Positions 60,504-64,000 of a DNA stretch of 64,000 bases are shown here, piece by piece; positions within the stretch are counted from its first letter, which is position 1, and each line of letters starts with the position of its first letter. The notes under the pieces are model-generated. The model was not told the origin of the DNA. It did no database searches and saw only the letters and a list, made by a program, of their open reading frames with translations. The stretch is from an uncultured Gemmatimonadales bacterium (GTDB lineage Bacteria; Gemmatimonadota; Gemmatimonadetes; Gemmatimonadales; GWC2-71-9), in assembly GCA_963796635.1 (NCBI GenBank), contig CAWCMH010000001.1:771568-835567 (forward strand), read 5' to 3'. Both the position numbers and the translations under genes were made by a program.

Positions 60504-63500
60504 CTATCCCTTCGCGCGCACCAGCTCGGCCATTGCCTTGCGCGCGTCGGCGACGCGCGGCTGCAAGTCCGGATCGGCGTTCTTCCACAGCTCGATGAAG
60601 CGGCCGTAGTAGCTGATTGCGCGTGTGGTGTCGCCCGCCTGCGCGTACAACTGGCCCAGCCGCAGCAACGTGGGTCCGAGGTACACGGGATCGATGTTGA
60701 TGTGAGCTCCGTCGCGCATGGTCACGTAACTGGTCAGGTACAGGCGGGCCGAATCCGGTTCTCCGCCGCGGTCGAATGCCATGCCAAGGAAGAGTGGCGT
60801 ACACGACCTGCACTTGCCGGTCGGCAATCCGTCGGCTTCGCTGTCCCCGCGACGCAGATTGGCTACCGCGCTGTCGATCTTGCCATCGGCCATGGCAATC
60901 ATGCCGCGAGCTCGCGCCAGTGACACGTAGTCCTGCCGTCGCGCAAGCGTGTCGAGTGTGGCCTCGTCCGCCTTGAGGACGGCCCGCGCCTTGGCGGGTG
61001 CGCCGAGTTGCGCATACGCCGCCGCGACCTGGCCAATGCGCTCGCCGGACGCCGGGACGCTGCCGATCGGTGCTGCGCGGAGGACGGAGTCGAGTAATGA
61101 CACTCCTTGGGCCGGGTTGCCGCGCACGATGCCTTCCAGTAGCGCGTTGGTCAAGACATCACCGTACGGATCGACCGGTCCGCCGGCCGCCCGCACGCTG
61201 CTCTGGGCAGCCAGTGCGAATTGTTGTTGGCCATCGCGCAGTCGTCCATGTACGACGGCGACTGCGGCGACACCGCGCTCTGCGTTGGCGGCGCGACCCG
61301 GATTTGCGCCGGCAATGTTCGCCCGCGCGACGCTGGCCGCGGAGTCGTAACGTCCCGCCGCCCATAGCGCTCCGTAGCGAAGCCGCATGGTCGGGAAGGG
61401 GATCCGGTTTGTCGCGAACACCGTCATGATCGAATCGAACGTCGCGTCCTGCCCGGCGAGATAGTACGACAGCGCGAGGTTTGCGAGAATCGTACCGTTG
61501 TTCGGCTCATCCACCAGCGCCAACCGATACATCGGGACGGCTGCATTCAAGTTGCGGCTTTCCGCCAAGGCAACCGCCAGCGAATTCGCCGCGTCCGCGT
61601 TGCTGGAATCGAGGGCCACTGCCTGCTGCAGCGCCGAAATCCCCTGTCGGCGATCGAGCGCCGTCATCACATAGTACGCACCCTGAACGTTGTAACGCTC
61701 CCGGTCGGGCAACCGGCTGCTGAGCTGAAACGCCTTGGTGAGCTCGGCATTCGCCTGCGCGGCCCGGGTCAGGCCCCCGAGCGTCTGCAACGTGAACGCC
61801 AGTTCCACATGGGCCATCGCAAAGTTGCTGTCCTGACGGATCGCGTCCCCATAATCCTTGGCGGCGGCAAGAAAGTCACCTTGGACGTCGTTCGCGAAAT
61901 TTCCCGCGGCGTAACTGCGAAGCGCTCCCAGGGACGCCGTCGTGACCTGGTCCAGCGGTGGCGCCTCACGCACCGACTTGAGCGACTCGCCGATGCGTCC
62001 GCGCAGCTTTCGTGTCAACCGGTCGACGGTCGGAATGAGGTCACCCGCGTCCTTCGCCGATTCGCTGAATGACGCCAGATCGTTCCCGCTCTCGGCCGCC
62101 ACCAGCCGGACCGTCACGACGTAACCGCCACCGGTCGGTACCACGCTGCCCGCGACGACGGCCTTCGCGCCCGCGCGTTGCGCGATCTCGCGCGCGGTGA
62201 CCGCGGTGACACGCGTGGTATCCGGGCGCTGCATCTGCTCGAGCGTTGCCACGACCGCGCTCGTGGGCATGAGGTGCACGGCGTGGCTTTCGGCGAGATT
62301 GGTCCTCACCGCTTCGGCGATCGTTGTGCCGAGCGAGGAGTCGGCGCCCGGGGCGTCGAACGCCGCCACCACCACCCGATCGTTGCTCGACAGCTTGCCC
62401 GATGCCAGTAGCGATCCGGCCGGCCCGATGCCGAGCGCGCGCAGCAGCATGTAGCCGGCGATCAGCAACACAAACACGCCCACCGCGGCGATTCCCCCGC
62501 GCGTTGTGCGGCGCCAGGACACATGCGGGCTCGCCTTGATGGCCAGCGTCGCCATGGTCCCCTGGCCGGCAAGCGACCGCGTGCCGCCCGGCGTGTAGGT
62601 CGGCGTCGCCGTGGCCGCGCGCCGCGCGACATACTGCGTGTAGGCCGTGAACAGCACCACCGGCAATCCCAGCGCCATCACGATGAGCGCACCCGGGAAG
62701 ACCCAGTCCGGCAGCCCGATCGCGATGATCGCCGCGCGCGCCACGATCGCGACGCCGATGAATGCGGCGACATAGATCGCGAGCGCGCGCCAGAGCAGGG
62801 GGCGCCCGCCGATCAGCACACCCGACACGGCAGTGTTGCCGCCCGACGTGGTCGCATCGAGCTGGTGCAGCAATGCCGCGGCACTTGCGGGCCGCAGCGC
62901 AGGATCCTTGGCGAGACACTGCATCACCAGCGCGGCGAGCCCGGGTGGGCAATCGGGTCGCAGTTCGTTGACCGGGCGCGGCATCTCGGTCATGTGCGCG
63001 ACCAGCAGCTTGTGCGGCGCGAGGTCGGGGAACATCGACCGGCCGGCCAGCAGTTCGTACGCCATGCAGCCGAAGGCGTAGATGTCGGCGCGATGATCGG
63101 TTGCGGGGTCGCCGGCCGCCTGCTCCGGCGCCATGTATGCCGGGGTTCCCACGGCCGTGCCGAGCTGCGTCAGCGTGGCGCCGGCGGGCCCTTCGGCGGC
63201 GGCCGCGATGGCCTTGGCGATCCCGAAATCGGTAACCACCGCCGTGCGCCCCGACAGCAGCACATTGTCGGGCTTGATGTCGCGATGCACCACGCCGCGT
63301 TCATGCGCGTACGCCAGCGCGCGAGCCACGTCACGCAGAATGCCGAGCACTTCCGAAATCGCGAGCGGCCCGCGGCCGAGCCGCACCCGCAGGCTTTCGC
63401 CTTCGACAAACGGCATGGTGTAGTAGGGAATGCCGTCGATGTCACCGGCTGTGAGGACGGGCACGATGTTGGCCTGCTGCAGCGACGCCGCCACGCGGAT

Positions 63501-63689
63501 TTCGCGCTCGAACCGCGGCACCGACATCGCCGCCGCGAGTTCGGTCGAGAGCACCTTGACGACGACCCGTCGCCCGAGCCGATGTTCCTGGGCGACGAAC
63601 ACCCGGGACATGCCGCCGCCGCCCAACTCGTGTTCGAGCGTGTAGCCCGAAGCGAGCGCTTCCTGGATACGCGATCGAAGATCGGTCAA
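60504..63689 (-). CDS. membrane Ser/Thr protein kinase with extracytoplasmic TPR-like domain (paralog 2)
   Basis: Same architecture and motifs as 57203-60391; 1061 vs 1062 aa. Confidence 0.93.
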   Translation of the reverse strand: MTDLRSRIQEALASGYTLEHELGGGGMSRVFVAQEHRLGRRVVVKVLSTELAAAMSVPRFEREIRVAASLQQANIVPVLTAGDIDGIPYYTMPFVEGESLRVRLGRGPLAISEVLGILRDVARALAYAHERGVVHRDIKPDNVLLSGRTAVVTDFGIAKAIAAAAEGPAGATLTQLGTAVGTPAYMAPEQAAGDPATDHRADIYAFGCMAYELLAGRSMFPDLAPHKLLVAHMTEMPRPVNELRPDCPPGLAALVMQCLAKDPALRPASAAALLHQLDATTSGGNTAVSGVLIGGRPLLWRALAIYVAAFIGVAIVARAAIIAIGLPDWVFPGALIVMALGLPVVLFTAYTQYVARRAATATPTYTPGGTRSLAGQGTMATLAIKASPHVSWRRTTRGGIAAVGVFVLLIAGYMLLRALGIGPAGSLLASGKLSSNDRVVVAAFDAPGADSSLGTTIAEAVRTNLAESHAVHLMPTSAVVATLEQMQRPDTTRVTAVTAREIAQRAGAKAVVAGSVVPTGGGYVVTVRLVAAESGNDLASFSESAKDAGDLIPTVDRLTRKLRGRIGESLKSVREAPPLDQVTTASLGALRSYAAGNFANDVQGDFLAAAKDYGDAIRQDSNFAMAHVELAFTLQTLGGLTRAAQANAELTKAFQLSSRLPDRERYNVQGAYYVMTALDRRQGISALQQAVALDSSNADAANSLAVALAESRNLNAAVPMYRLALVDEPNNGTILANLALSYYLAGQDATFDSIMTVFATNRIPFPTMRLRYGALWAAGRYDSAASVARANIAGANPGRAANAERGVAAVAVVHGRLRDGQQQFALAAQSSVRAAGGPVDPYGDVLTNALLEGIVRGNPAQGVSLLDSVLRAAPIGSVPASGERIGQVAAAYAQLGAPAKARAVLKADEATLDTLARRQDYVSLARARGMIAMADGKIDSAVANLRRGDSEADGLPTGKCRSCTPLFLGMAFDRGGEPDSARLYLTSYVTMRDGAHINIDPVYLGPTLLRLGQLYAQAGDTTRAISYYGRFIELWKNADPDLQPRVADARKAMAELVRAKG

Positions 63690-63849
63690 GGCACCGGCCG
63701 GGGAGACGAGGGAAGGACGCAGAATAATAGGGACGGTATGCAGCGACGGGGAGGGGTGGCGGACGCATGGGCCTCGCTCCCGGTACCACCGCCCGCCGGA
63801 TCGCTTGAGGCCGAATGGAGCGCCAGAGCAGCGTCCTGACAGTAGCTCA

Positions 63850-63873
63850 ACGGAGCAACGATTCGCGCTCCGT
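63850..63873. terminator. hairpin downstream of the partial minus-strand gene
   Basis: ACGGAGC..GCTCCGT 7-bp stem; no clear U-tract. Confidence 0.3.
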
Positions 63874-63892
63874 CTCTCCTTCTCTCCGGTTG

Positions 63893-64000
63893 TTATCGCC
63901 GTTCAAACACGAAGCGATAGTGATCGAACAGCAACCGCTCGAACGCGATCGTGTTGGCGCTGATCCCCGAGGCAAACGCCTGACGAAAATCCCGGCTGGT
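63893..64000 (-). CDS. C-terminus of an unidentified gene entering from the window edge
   Basis: Open frame TSRDFRQAFASGISANTIAFERLLFDHYRFVFERR-stop. Confidence 0.55.
   Translation of the reverse strand, partial: TSRDFRQAFASGISANTIAFERLLFDHYRFVFERR

Noticed and set aside
63873-63887. TCTCTCC x2 as another heptamer array
   Set aside because: Only two copies, 8-nt spacing, no inverted partner or associated gene.

Overview
High-GC, gene-dense bacterial chromosomal window. Gene content and style suggest Gemmatimonadota (inference). It is mostly housekeeping: rpmE-prfA-prmC-ylbF-tmk-S41 protease; lolA, aroF, smc; rpsF-rpsR-DUF2232-rplI-rsfS; ispE-tRNA-Gln-prs-rplY-pth-hppA-ychF; pdxJ, mce, trxA, rsmI, dinG. 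It also holds an envelope operon (DUF4159, DUF4175-like, TPR, Tat-exported GATase-like), a metallopeptidase/beta-propeller/Omp85 fusion, and two tandem membrane Ser/Thr kinases coupled to a Tat phospholipase C. The most unusual element is a ~510-bp cassette (27459-27970) lying antisense between hppA and ychF. It is a four-helix-bundle (23S-IVP/bAvd-like) gene with a probable leaderless promoter, enclosed by two mutually inverted heptamer tandem arrays, (GTTAGTC)n and (GCTAACG)n. Three genes each carry a +1 frameshift, probably sequencing errors. I saw no CRISPR array, integrase, transposase or rRNA. All family assignments come from motif recognition by eye, not database searches.
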